From the NCBI GenBank assembly GCA_964605205.1, contig CAZSBL010000001.1, positions 2,405 through 66,404 of the forward strand: 64,000 nt of DNA. The letters run 5' to 3'. The notes below the pieces were generated by a model. It made no database searches. It worked only from the letters and a program-made list of their open reading frames with translations, and was not told the origin of the DNA. Of this stretch, positions 1 through 8,294 are shown one piece after another. Every line of letters begins with the position of its first letter. Position 1 is the stretch's first letter. The stretch is from an uncultured Gemmatimonadaceae bacterium. GTDB lineage: Bacteria > Gemmatimonadota > Gemmatimonadetes > Longimicrobiales > RSA9. The position numbers were made by a program, and so were the translations under genes.

Positions 1-1
1 C

Positions 2-451
2 GTGATGCCTCGGCCCGATGTGATCACGGTTGCGGCGGGCACGCTGGGCACGCTGGCCGGGATCGCCGTGGGGGTGTCCATGACCGACCTGGCCGACCGG
101 ATCGTGGGGATCCGGATCGTCCCTTCCACTATCGGGAACACGGTGGTCCTGGGCCGGCTGGTGGAGGGCGCGGTGCGGCGGCTGGCGGAGGCGGGCGTGC
201 GGACGCCGGATCCGCGCCTGGTCCTGGACCGGGTGGAGCTTCTGGGAGACTACCTGGGCGAGGGCTACGGCCACCCCACCGACCGGGGCGCGGCGGCCCG
301 GGATTGGTTCGCGCCTCGCGGGCTGACGCTGGACCCGACCTACACGGCCAAGACGGCGGCGGCGCTGCTGGACGGCCTGGGGGCGGCGCCCGACGCGGTG
401 CACCTCTACTGGCACACGCTGAGCAGCGTGCACCCGGAACCGTCGCCGTAG
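2..451 (+). CDS. PLP-dependent ACC deaminase / D-cysteine desulfhydrase family protein, C-terminal fragment (5' end outside window)
   Basis: Open from the window edge to a stop at 449-451. The C-terminal block GLTLDPTYTAKTAAALLDGL matches the conserved LDPxYTGK tail of this fold-type II PLP family. Assignment is from motif recall only. Confidence 0.5.
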   Translation: MMPRPDVITVAAGTLGTLAGIAVGVSMTDLADRIVGIRIVPSTIGNTVVLGRLVEGAVRRLAEAGVRTPDPRLVLDRVELLGDYLGEGYGHPTDRGAAARDWFAPRGLTLDPTYTAKTAAALLDGLGAAPDAVHLYWHTLSSVHPEPSP

Positions 452-519
452 ATCGGCCGGCCGGGGCCGTTCATCAGGCGCTTGCAGGTTGCGGGGCACC
501 GGGCTACATCCAAGGCACG

Positions 520-2778
520 ATGATGACCATACACCCGAGAGGACGGACCGGACCCATGTCGCGTATACGGAGGATCCCGATCATGCTGGCCGCGTCGCTG
601 CTGCTGGCGGCGTGCGCGTCCGGGGGCGCGGCCCCCACGGCCACCCTGCCCATCAGTGCGGAAGAGGCTCCGCAGCAGCCCCATGCCGAGGCAATGCAGG
701 GGCCGATGGTGCCCACGGAGGCGTCGTACCGCACCGCCGAGCGCGTGGAGCTGACCGGTATGGAGCTGGGACGGATGTGGACGTTCCAGGACCCGCCGAT
801 GGAGTGGTGGAAGGAAGCCTACGACTTCGAGCCGACGGAGGAGTGGCTGGAGCACGTGCGGCTGGCGTCGGTTCGCTACGGCGGCGGCTGCTCGGCGTCG
901 TTCGTCTCCGAGAACGGGCTGGTGATGACGAACCATCACTGCGCCCGGGGCTGTGTCGACCAGCTCTCCACGGCGGAGAACGACTACATCGAGGACGGCT
1001 TTTACGCCGCCTCGCCGGACGAGGAGCTGGTCTGCCCGGGGCTGTACCTGGACCAGCTCCAGAGCGTGGAGGACGTGACTGACCGGGTGCTGGGCGTCGG
1101 CCAGGGGCTGAGCTCCGACACGGCGCGGGCCCGGGCCCAGGACGGGGAGTCCGACGCCATCGTGGAGGCGTGTGAGGCGGAGACCGGACTCCGCTGCCAG
1201 GTGGTCTCCCTCTACCACGGCGGCCGGTTCCACCTGTACCGCTATCGGCGTTTCGAGCCGGTGAAGCTGGTCTTCGCGCCGGAGCTGCAGGCGGCGTTCT
1301 TCGGCGGTGAGCCGGACAACTTCACGTACCCGCGCTACGCCATGGACGTGGCGTTCGTGCGGGCGTACGAGGCCGACAGCGCCACCGCCGTGACCACCGA
1401 CCACTGGTTCGAGTGGGACGAGGACGGTGCCGCGGAGGGCGAGGCCGTGTTCGTGGTCGGGAACCCCGGCGGCACGAGCCGGCTCCTGACGCTCTCGCAG
1501 CTGATGTACGAGAAGTACCGGAACCACCCGTTCATCGTCAGCTACATCCACGACTACGTGGACATCCTTCACTGGATCGCCTCGCAGGGCCCGGACGCGG
1601 AGCGGTCGGTGCGGCAGCAGCTGTTCGGTTTCGAGAACTCGCTGAAGGCGTACTCGGGCCAGCTGGAGGGGCTCCAGGACACCGTGCTGGTGGGCCGGAA
1701 GATCAAGTGGGAGGCCGAGCTGCGGGAGGCCGTCATGGCCGACCCGGAGCTGCGGGCCGAGTACGGCGACGTATGGGGCGAGATCAGCGACCTGCAGCGG
1801 GCCAGGGTCCCGCTGGCGCAGCAGGCCTCCATCTACAACATCGGCTTCATCGGCGATCCGCACCTCGGGTTGGGGGGAACCCTGATCCGCTACGTCCGGG
1901 AGTCGGCGAAGCCGGCCGACGAGCGAGGCGAGGAGTACGGCGCCGAGGAGCTGGCGCAGATGGAGCAGCGGCTGCTGGGCCCGTCACCGGTGAACCCGGA
2001 GATCGCGACGCGGCTGCTGGCGGTGCGGCTGCGGCTGGCGCAGCGGTTCCTGGCGGAAAGCGATCCGTTGGTGGTGGCGGCGTTCCGTGATGGCGAGACG
2101 GCGGAGGAGGCGGCGAGCCGGATCGTGGGCAGCACCCGGATCATGGACCCCGAGTTCCGTCGTCAGCTCATCGAGGGCGGTGTGGACGCCGTGGAGGCCG
2201 AGTCCGACGTGGGGCTGGCGGTGGCCCGGGTCATGGACGGGGCCATCGACTCGATCCGGTCGCGGCTCTCCGAGATCGACGCGGCCGAGGCCGTCCAGGA
2301 CGAGCGGTTCGCCCGCGCCCTCTTCGCCGTGAAGGGCACCTCGATCCCGCCGGACGCCACCTTCACGCTCCGGATCACCGATGGCGTGGTGGCCCGCTAC
2401 CCGTACAACGGGACCATGGCGCCGCCGAAGACCACGTACTGGGGCCTGTTCGAGCGGGCCGCGAACTTCGACAACGAGAGTCCGTTCGACCTGCCGGCGA
2501 GCGCCGTGGCGGCGAAGGACCGGATCGACCTGGACACGCCCATCAACTTCGTCACCACCGATGACATCACCGGCGGGAACAGCGGCAGCCCGATGATCGA
2601 CCGGAACGCCGGGATCGTCGGGATCGCCTTCGACGGGAACATCGAGTCGCTCCCGAACGAGTGGCTGTTCCGGGAGGACAAGCCCCGGACGGTGGGCGTG
2701 CACAGCGCCGGGATCCTGGAGGCGCTCCGCGCCATCTACCAGGCGGAGGCGCTGGTGGCGGAGCTGATGGGGAACTAG
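520..2778 (+). CDS. S46-family serine peptidase (dipeptidyl-peptidase 7/11-like), predicted lipoprotein
   Basis: Track ORF 304..2778 trimmed to Met 520 (alternative Met 556), just before the signal/lipobox IMLAASLLLAAC. The His block LVMTNHHCARGC and Ser block DITGGNSGSPMIDRNAGIVGIAFDGN are S46 hallmarks. Confidence 0.85.
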   Translation: MMTIHPRGRTGPMSRIRRIPIMLAASLLLAACASGGAAPTATLPISAEEAPQQPHAEAMQGPMVPTEASYRTAERVELTGMELGRMWTFQDPPMEWWKEAYDFEPTEEWLEHVRLASVRYGGGCSASFVSENGLVMTNHHCARGCVDQLSTAENDYIEDGFYAASPDEELVCPGLYLDQLQSVEDVTDRVLGVGQGLSSDTARARAQDGESDAIVEACEAETGLRCQVVSLYHGGRFHLYRYRRFEPVKLVFAPELQAAFFGGEPDNFTYPRYAMDVAFVRAYEADSATAVTTDHWFEWDEDGAAEGEAVFVVGNPGGTSRLLTLSQLMYEKYRNHPFIVSYIHDYVDILHWIASQGPDAERSVRQQLFGFENSLKAYSGQLEGLQDTVLVGRKIKWEAELREAVMADPELRAEYGDVWGEISDLQRARVPLAQQASIYNIGFIGDPHLGLGGTLIRYVRESAKPADERGEEYGAEELAQMEQRLLGPSPVNPEIATRLLAVRLRLAQRFLAESDPLVVAAFRDGETAEEAASRIVGSTRIMDPEFRRQLIEGGVDAVEAESDVGLAVARVMDGAIDSIRSRLSEIDAAEAVQDERFARALFAVKGTSIPPDATFTLRITDGVVARYPYNGTMAPPKTTYWGLFERAANFDNESPFDLPASAVAAKDRIDLDTPINFVTTDDITGGNSGSPMIDRNAGIVGIAFDGNIESLPNEWLFREDKPRTVGVHSAGILEALRAIYQAEALVAELMGN

Positions 2779-2863
2779 ACGGCCCGGCCGTACTGATCAA
2801 GGGACCGGCGCTCCCCGGCACGGCCGTGGGGCGCCGGTCCGTCTCGCGACAGGAGAAGAATCG

Positions 2864-4222
2864 ATGGCGGACGTACACGGATATATCGATGAGCACATGG
2901 GGCGGTTCAAGGAGGAGCTCGACGACTTCCTCCGGATCCCGTCCATCAGCGCCAAGTCGGAGCACCGCGACGACATGCGCGCGGCGGCCGAGTGGCTGGC
3001 CGAGCGGATGGGCGAGGCGGGGCTCGAGGTCTCACTGGAGCCGACCGACGGGTTCCCCATAGTCCTGGGCGAGTACCGGGAGGCGGGGCCCGACGCGCCC
3101 ACGGTGCTGATCTACGGCCACTACGACGTCCAGCCGCCGGAGCCGCTGGACGAGTGGACGTCGCCGCCGTTCGAGCCGGAGGTCCGGGACGGCAAGCTCT
3201 TTGCCCGGGGCTCGGTGGATGACAAGGGCCAGCTGTACCTCCACGTCAAGGCCATCGAGGGCCACATGAAGGTGGACGGCTCGCTGCCGGTGAACGTGGT
3301 GGTGCTGGCGGAGGGCGAGGAGGAGATCGGAAGCGCGAACCTCATGCCCTTCGTGAAGGCCCACAAGGACCGGCTCGCGTGCGACTACGTGGTCATCAGC
3401 GACACCACGATGGTGGGCGAGAACGTGCCCACCATCGGAACCAGCCTCCGGGGACTGACCTACCTCGAGGTCCACGTCCGCGGTCCGAAGACGGACCTGC
3501 ACAGCGGGAGCTACGGCGGCGCGGTGGTGAACCCGGCCACGGCGCTGGCCCGGATCATCGGCAGCATGCACGATGACCGCTGGCACGCCACCATCCCCGG
3601 CTTCTATGACGATGTCGACCCGATGGAGGACTACCGGGCGAAGATCGCGGACGTGCCATTCGACCACGCCGGGTTCCAGGCCGACACCGGCACGTCGGAG
3701 CAGGGCGAGGCGGGGTACAGCACGCCGGAGCGGCTCTGGGTCCGCCCCACGGTGGAGGTGAACGGGCTGCTGAGCGGGTACACCGGTGAGGGCGCCAAGA
3801 CCGTGCTTCCGGCGAAGGCCATGGCCAAGATCAGCTTCCGCCTGGTCCCGGACCAGGACCCGAAGAAGATCGAGGAGCTGGTCACCGCCCATATCGAAAA
3901 GGTGGCGCCGGAGGGCGTGGCGGTGGATGTCCGGGCGCTGCACGGCGGGATGCCGTGGCGGGCCACCCTCGGCAGCGAGCTGTACGACGCGGCCGAGCGG
4001 GCGCTGGGCTCGGCCTGGGGCCAGGAGGTGGTCTACGCCGGCGAAGGCGGATCGATCCCCATCGTCCCGGAGTTCGAGGATGTCCTGGACGCGCCGGTGC
4101 TGCTCATGGGGTTCGGGCTCCCGGGCGAGAACGCCCACGCGCCCGACGAATGGATCAGCGTGGACAACATCGAGAAGGGCACCCACGCGGCGGCGCAGCT
4201 GCTGGAGGAGCTGGGCGGGTAA
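2864..4222 (+). CDS. M20-family metallo-dipeptidase
   Basis: Blocks IYGHYDVQPPEP, RGSVDDKGQ, LAEGEEEIGS and GEGGSIP correspond to the metal-ligand/catalytic blocks of M20A dipeptidases. Same strand as, and directly after, the S46 peptidase. Confidence 0.85.
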   Translation: MADVHGYIDEHMGRFKEELDDFLRIPSISAKSEHRDDMRAAAEWLAERMGEAGLEVSLEPTDGFPIVLGEYREAGPDAPTVLIYGHYDVQPPEPLDEWTSPPFEPEVRDGKLFARGSVDDKGQLYLHVKAIEGHMKVDGSLPVNVVVLAEGEEEIGSANLMPFVKAHKDRLACDYVVISDTTMVGENVPTIGTSLRGLTYLEVHVRGPKTDLHSGSYGGAVVNPATALARIIGSMHDDRWHATIPGFYDDVDPMEDYRAKIADVPFDHAGFQADTGTSEQGEAGYSTPERLWVRPTVEVNGLLSGYTGEGAKTVLPAKAMAKISFRLVPDQDPKKIEELVTAHIEKVAPEGVAVDVRALHGGMPWRATLGSELYDAAERALGSAWGQEVVYAGEGGSIPIVPEFEDVLDAPVLLMGFGLPGENAHAPDEWISVDNIEKGTHAAAQLLEELGG

Positions 4223-4234
4223 CGACCTGGCGGG

Positions 4235-5026
4235 TCAGGGCCCCGCGCCGACGGGGGAGACGGTGCCGAGGCGGAGCGCGTTATAGGCGTCGGGGGCCAC
4301 GCGCCTCCATTCGGCCCGAACCAGCTCGCGCATGCGGTGGACCTTGCTCGGGTAGGTGTGGCAGTTGGGGGTGTTGGTCCCGTTGACACACCCGTTGTAG
4401 GCCAGGAGCGCCCGCTGCTCATCGCCCTGGAACCGGGCGAGGTTCCACGCCAGGATCCGGGTCCCGTAGCAGAGGTTCGACTCGATGCCGTAGAGGTCGC
4501 CCTGGCAGCCCCAGTGGCCTTCGTGCATCGGCATCACCTGCATGAGCCCCCGGGCGCCGACGAAGCTGGTGGCGGTGGGCTTCCCGCTGCTCTCCACCAG
4601 CACCACAGCCACCACGGTGGCGGGGTCGAGCCCCCGGGCGTAGGAGTGCTCGACCAGTGGCCACGCCACCCTCCGGGCCAGCGCCGGGCTGATCCCCCAC
4701 CGCTCCAGCGACGACTCCACCGGCCGGACGTGGTTGCTGTAGAGGGTGACGTACTCTTCGGTCTGCTCGCCGTCGGCGCGGAGCGTGCCCATGTACGCGC
4801 TGAGCGCCTCGAGGTGGACCCGGGGGGTGAACCGGGCGGCGGCCACGCGGACGGGGGTGCCCTCGGGCAGGCTGATCCCCCGCGTCGTCGCCTCGCCGAG
4901 GGCCCAGCCGGCCAGGAACAGGATCGGCGCCGCGAGCGGCAGCAGCGCCGCCCGCTTCAGGAACGTCTCCAGCTCGTCCACCATGTCCCGGCGTCCATCA
5001 CGGTCACGACGTCGGAAGAGGCCCAT
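4235..5026 (-). CDS. membrane-anchored lytic transglycosylase (SLT domain)
   Basis: N-terminal hydrophobic helix LLPLAAPILFLAGWAL, then the SLT catalytic block VLVESSGKPTATSFVGARGLMQVMP and LLAYNG. Confidence 0.75.
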   Translation of the reverse strand: MGLFRRRDRDGRRDMVDELETFLKRAALLPLAAPILFLAGWALGEATTRGISLPEGTPVRVAAARFTPRVHLEALSAYMGTLRADGEQTEEYVTLYSNHVRPVESSLERWGISPALARRVAWPLVEHSYARGLDPATVVAVVLVESSGKPTATSFVGARGLMQVMPMHEGHWGCQGDLYGIESNLCYGTRILAWNLARFQGDEQRALLAYNGCVNGTNTPNCHTYPSKVHRMRELVRAEWRRVAPDAYNALRLGTVSPVGAGP

Positions 5027-5107
5027 GGGTTCGTGGTCAGGTTCAGGGGGGGAGACGGGTGGTAATTTGCCGCAGACCCGCGCGTCCGTGCAAGGGCGGG
5101 CGCGGGG

Positions 5108-5998
5108 TCAGTTCTTGAGCGCTTCGAGCTGGTCGAGGGTGAAGCGGTAGCTCTGTCCGCAGAACTCGCAGGTGACGGCGGCGTGGTCACGGTCCTGCTG
5201 GCTGGCCGTGATCTCGTCGATCTCGGCGGGGCCGAGGAGGATGAGGGCGCGCTCGGCCCGGTCGCGGCTGCACGGGCACCGGAACCGGGTCACGCTGCGC
5301 TCGAGGACGCGGACGCCGGTGTCGAAGACGCGGGCGAGCATGTCCTCCGGCGACTCGCCCGAGCGGATCATGGTGGTGGGGTGGGGGAGGGCGGCCACCC
5401 TGGCCTCGAGGGCCTCGAGCTGGTGGTGGTCGAGGCCGCCCATGGTCTGGATCAGGTAGCCGCCCGCCGCCTCGACCCGCCCGGTCCGGTCGACGTACAC
5501 GCCGAGCCCCACGGCCGACGGCTGCTGCTCGGAGCGGGCGAAGTAGTAGGCCATGTCCTTCCCGATCTCGCCGGAGACCAGCTCCACCGTGCTGTGGTAC
5601 GGCTCCTTGAGCCCCAGGTCCTTCACCACCGTGAGACGACCATGGGTGCCGACGGCGCCGGCCACGTTCAGCTTCCCGTTCACCGTCTCCCGTATCGCCG
5701 GCCGGGGATCGCCGACCAGTCCGCGGACCTCGCCACGTCCGTTGGCCGAGGCCAGGATCACGCCCAGCGGGCCGTCACCCTTGACCCGGACCGTGACCAG
5801 GTGGGTCTCTTTCTTCAGCGTGGCGCTGAGCAGGAGCGTGGCCGTGGCGACGCGGCCCAGCGCGGCGCTGGCGGCGGGGGCCGTGCCCTGGAGCCGGGCC
5901 AGCTCCCGGACCGCGTGGGTCGAGTCCACGGCCAGCGCCCGGACCTTGCCGTCCAGCGCGGTGGCCCGGACCAGGTAGTTCTCTCGATGGTTCAGCAT
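5108..5998 (-). CDS. hslO: redox-regulated chaperone Hsp33
   Basis: 296-aa ORF with an Hsp33-type C-terminal zinc centre, CPCS ... CEFCG. Confidence 0.9.
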   Translation of the reverse strand: MLNHRENYLVRATALDGKVRALAVDSTHAVRELARLQGTAPAASAALGRVATATLLLSATLKKETHLVTVRVKGDGPLGVILASANGRGEVRGLVGDPRPAIRETVNGKLNVAGAVGTHGRLTVVKDLGLKEPYHSTVELVSGEIGKDMAYYFARSEQQPSAVGLGVYVDRTGRVEAAGGYLIQTMGGLDHHQLEALEARVAALPHPTTMIRSGESPEDMLARVFDTGVRVLERSVTRFRCPCSRDRAERALILLGPAEIDEITASQQDRDHAAVTCEFCGQSYRFTLDQLEALKN

Positions 5999-6016
5999 GG
6001 GTCCCCGAAAGCAGAA

Positions 6017-6034
6017 CGGCCCCGGCGGGGGCCG
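6017..6034 (-). terminator. GC hairpin downstream of the GroES-like gene
   Basis: 7-bp stem CGGCCCC/GGGGCCG with a 4-nt loop. On the minus strand it is followed by the U-rich-ish stretch TTCTGCTTTC. Lies between the GroES-like stop (6061) and the hslO start (5998). Confidence 0.4.
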
Positions 6035-6060
6035 CGGTAATACAGCCGATCAGACGGCTA

Positions 6061-6438
6061 CTACCAACCCTCCTCGGGCTCCGATGTTCCCCGGAGCAGG
6101 ACCAGGATGGCGGCCTGGGGGACCACCAGGTACTTCTGGTTCTCGAACGTGATCTCCACCGCGGCGCGGCGGAAGAAGATGGCGTAGTCACCGACCTCGG
6201 CCTGGACGGGGAGGAACTTCGCCTCGCCGCCGGTGATCCGCCACGGCTCGTCGTCGAGCTCGGTGGGCGCGGAGATCGGCGTGCCCGGGCCCGTGGCGAC
6301 CACGGTGCCGGTCTGCACCGCCTGATTGTCGACCGCCGTGGCGGGGAGGTACAGCCCCACCTTGCTCCGGTCCTCGCCCTCTTCGGGCTCGATCAGGACC
6401 CGGTCTCCCACCACGATCAACTGCTTGCCGTTGCTCAT
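6061..6438 (-). CDS. divergent GroES/Cpn10-like co-chaperonin family protein (125 aa)
   Basis: Track ORF 6061..6615 trimmed to Met 6438. LIVVGDRVLIEPEEGEDRSKVGLYLP...GTVVATGPG follows the GroES pattern (GDRVLV..GGIVLP..G.VVAVGPG). It is longer than the canonical ~95 aa and no groEL is adjacent. Confidence 0.6.
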   Translation of the reverse strand: MSNGKQLIVVGDRVLIEPEEGEDRSKVGLYLPATAVDNQAVQTGTVVATGPGTPISAPTELDDEPWRITGGEAKFLPVQAEVGDYAIFFRRAAVEITFENQKYLVVPQAAILVLLRGTSEPEEGW

Positions 6439-6466
6439 GCCTGAATAGTGGCACGCCCGGTGGCCG

Positions 6467-6655
6467 TTGGGAAGAGTGGGACCGCGCCCGAAACCGGCCG
6501 CCGGCGGAATCGGGGCGGGGTACGTGAAGGTGAGGGGCTTCGTGCGCGACCGGCTCCGGTTCGTGGACGCGGTCCATGGCCGCAGGGCGCCGCTGGTGGC
6601 CGGGGTGGTGGCCACGCTGGCGGCCGGGCCCGTGGTGTGGGCGCTGCCGTATTAG
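6467..6655 (+). CDS. possible small tail-anchored protein (start uncertain)
   Basis: ORF inside a 294-nt gap. By hand count, about 88% G/C at codon position 3 versus about 58% at position 2, the bias of real genes here. Hydrophobic C-terminus LVAGVVATLAAGPVVWAL. No family recognised and no clear SD. Confidence 0.3.
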   Translation: MGRVGPRPKPAAGGIGAGYVKVRGFVRDRLRFVDAVHGRRAPLVAGVVATLAAGPVVWALPY

Positions 6656-6732
6656 TCCCATTCCGCCATGGCTCTGCCCCACTTCGACGGGCAGAGTGGG
6701 CCGAGTCTATCGACCCACGACAAGGAGGAGCC

Positions 6733-6921
6733 ATGGCAGCGGAGCGAGACGACCGTCGCCCCTACACCTTCACGCTGGACACGTCACTGGTGGAGCGCGC
6801 CCGTCAGGAAGTGGGCGAGCCGGACGTGGTGCGGAGCATCGAAACGGCGCTGGCCGCCGCCATCGACTACCGGAGCTGGGTGCGGGAAGTGCGGGAAGGC
6901 CGCCGCGACGTGCTCGGCTGA
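6733..6921 (+). CDS. small ribbon-helix-helix / VapB-like antitoxin-type protein (62 aa)
   Basis: Track ORF 6448..6921 trimmed to ATG 6733, which is preceded by AAGGAGG. YTFTLDTSLVERARQEVG resembles the N-terminal strand plus helix of RHH antitoxins. Confidence 0.45.
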   Translation: MAAERDDRRPYTFTLDTSLVERARQEVGEPDVVRSIETALAAAIDYRSWVREVREGRRDVLG

Positions 6922-6925
6922 CCGC

Positions 6926-7399
6926 TCAGCCGTCGAGGCTCGCGAGCGCCTGCTCGCCGCGGCCGCGGAGCGCCTCCAGGCGGTGGTGACCGGCGAGCTC
7001 GATCCCGACCCGGTAGAACTCTTCGGCCGCGAACGGCTGTCCGTCCTGTCGGGCGCCATCGCCCAGCGTGAGGATGGCATCGGCGATCGCCCCCACGTCG
7101 AGGTCGGGCGCCTCCTTGAGGAAGTCGGCCAGCCGCTGCCGCTCGGCGTCCCGGCTCGGGAGCTGTCCGAGCTCTTCACGGACGGCGTCACATTGACGCT
7201 GGAACGACTCCATATCGATGTCGGTGCCCCGCCGGACCAGGCGGTGCACCAGTCGCGAGACCATGAAGCGGAGCCGGGCGCGCCGGCCCAGGTCTGTGTT
7301 GCGCTCGTCCGCCTGCAGGTCGCGGAGCGCGAGCCAGCCGAGGTACGCCTCGTCGCGTCGGGGGGGCTCGATCCGGGCGATCCGGTCGTAACGTGCCAT
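6926..7399 (-). CDS. hypothetical protein (157 aa), translationally coupled to the upstream AraC-type regulator
   Basis: Track ORF 6926..7759 trimmed to Met 7399. Its ATG shares one base with the regulator's TGA (TGATG). Looks all-helical; no family recognised. Confidence 0.5.
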   Translation of the reverse strand: MARYDRIARIEPPRRDEAYLGWLALRDLQADERNTDLGRRARLRFMVSRLVHRLVRRGTDIDMESFQRQCDAVREELGQLPSRDAERQRLADFLKEAPDLDVGAIADAILTLGDGARQDGQPFAAEEFYRVGIELAGHHRLEALRGRGEQALASLDG

Positions 7400-8184
7400 C
7401 AGCGTGCTCCCACCAGGATCGCCGGGTCGCCGGGGCAGTCCCGGGCGAACCCGTCGATGGCGATTTCGAGGCCCTCGGGCTCCCGCATCGACCGGGCGCC
7501 GTTCGAGAGCGTGACCTTCACCGCCCGGCGGAACGCGGCGCCGGAGGAGTAGCCGATCTGGGCGGCTACCGACTCCACGCTCCGGCCCGGCTCCAGGAGC
7601 CAGTTGAGTCCGTAGATGATCCGGAGCCAGAGCAGGACCCGGCCGGGGGTGGTCAGCCCCCATTCCTGGCAGCGGCGCTCCAGCGTGGAGACGGAGAAGC
7701 CGTTGAGCTCCGCCAGCTCGGGCACCTGCACGCCGTCGGGGATCCGCGCGGCCGCGCACTGGATCAGCCGGCGACCATCAGCGCCGACCCGCGGGTTCAG
7801 CGCACGATCCACGTCCGCCGCGATATGGTCGGTGGTGGCGTCGGTGATCCGCTCGGCCAGCAGCGGCCCGTTGCCACCATCGGGCGTCACGATCACGTCG
7901 TAGGCGCCGGCCTTGCCCAGCCGGAAGAGGTCCCGTCCGTCGAGATCACCCCAGACCAGGAGTGGGGTGCGGGGGTAGCGGCGGGTGAACCGGAACACGC
8001 GCAGCACGCCGTCCTTCCCCGGCTCGGCGTGGAGGTCCGCGACCGCCGCCATGGCGGGCTCGCGTTTCACGGTGCCAAGGAGGTCCCGCCAGTCTTCGGC
8101 CCACAGCCACCGGTGCTCGGTGGTGACGGCCTCGAAGGTAGCCCGATCCGCCGGTTCCGGCAGCAGGGCGGCAATCAATGCCAT
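7399..8184 (-). CDS. AraC-family transcriptional regulator with N-terminal receiver-like domain
   Basis: C-terminal AraC HTH block SVESVAAQIGYSSGAAFRRAVK. The N-terminal ~120 aa alternate strand and helix like CheY (AAVADLHAEP, PLLVWGD, AYDVIVTP) but lack the N-terminal acidic pair and the conserved Lys. Confidence 0.7.
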   Translation of the reverse strand: MALIAALLPEPADRATFEAVTTEHRWLWAEDWRDLLGTVKREPAMAAVADLHAEPGKDGVLRVFRFTRRYPRTPLLVWGDLDGRDLFRLGKAGAYDVIVTPDGGNGPLLAERITDATTDHIAADVDRALNPRVGADGRRLIQCAAARIPDGVQVPELAELNGFSVSTLERRCQEWGLTTPGRVLLWLRIIYGLNWLLEPGRSVESVAAQIGYSSGAAFRRAVKVTLSNGARSMREPEGLEIAIDGFARDCPGDPAILVGAR

Positions 8185-8294
8185 AATCGCGCTTTTCAGG
8201 GGGCAGGTTACCTGGATTGTACGGATTTACTTGCCACTGGTGCAAGACCTCCGTTTCCGGAGGGGGCCGGCGGGCGGACTCCGCGTACCGACCG

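Noticed and set aside
304-519. N-terminal extensions offered by the track for many genes (e.g. 304 for the S46 peptidase, 24316 for the SBP, 28146 for oppD, 32773 for slt, 8295..10865 for the ACAD).
   Set aside because: The extensions overlap the preceding gene or are Arg/Gly/Pro-rich with no signal logic. Internal Met/Val starts coincide with signal peptides, conserved N-termini and stop-start overlaps (ATGA/GTGA/TGATG).
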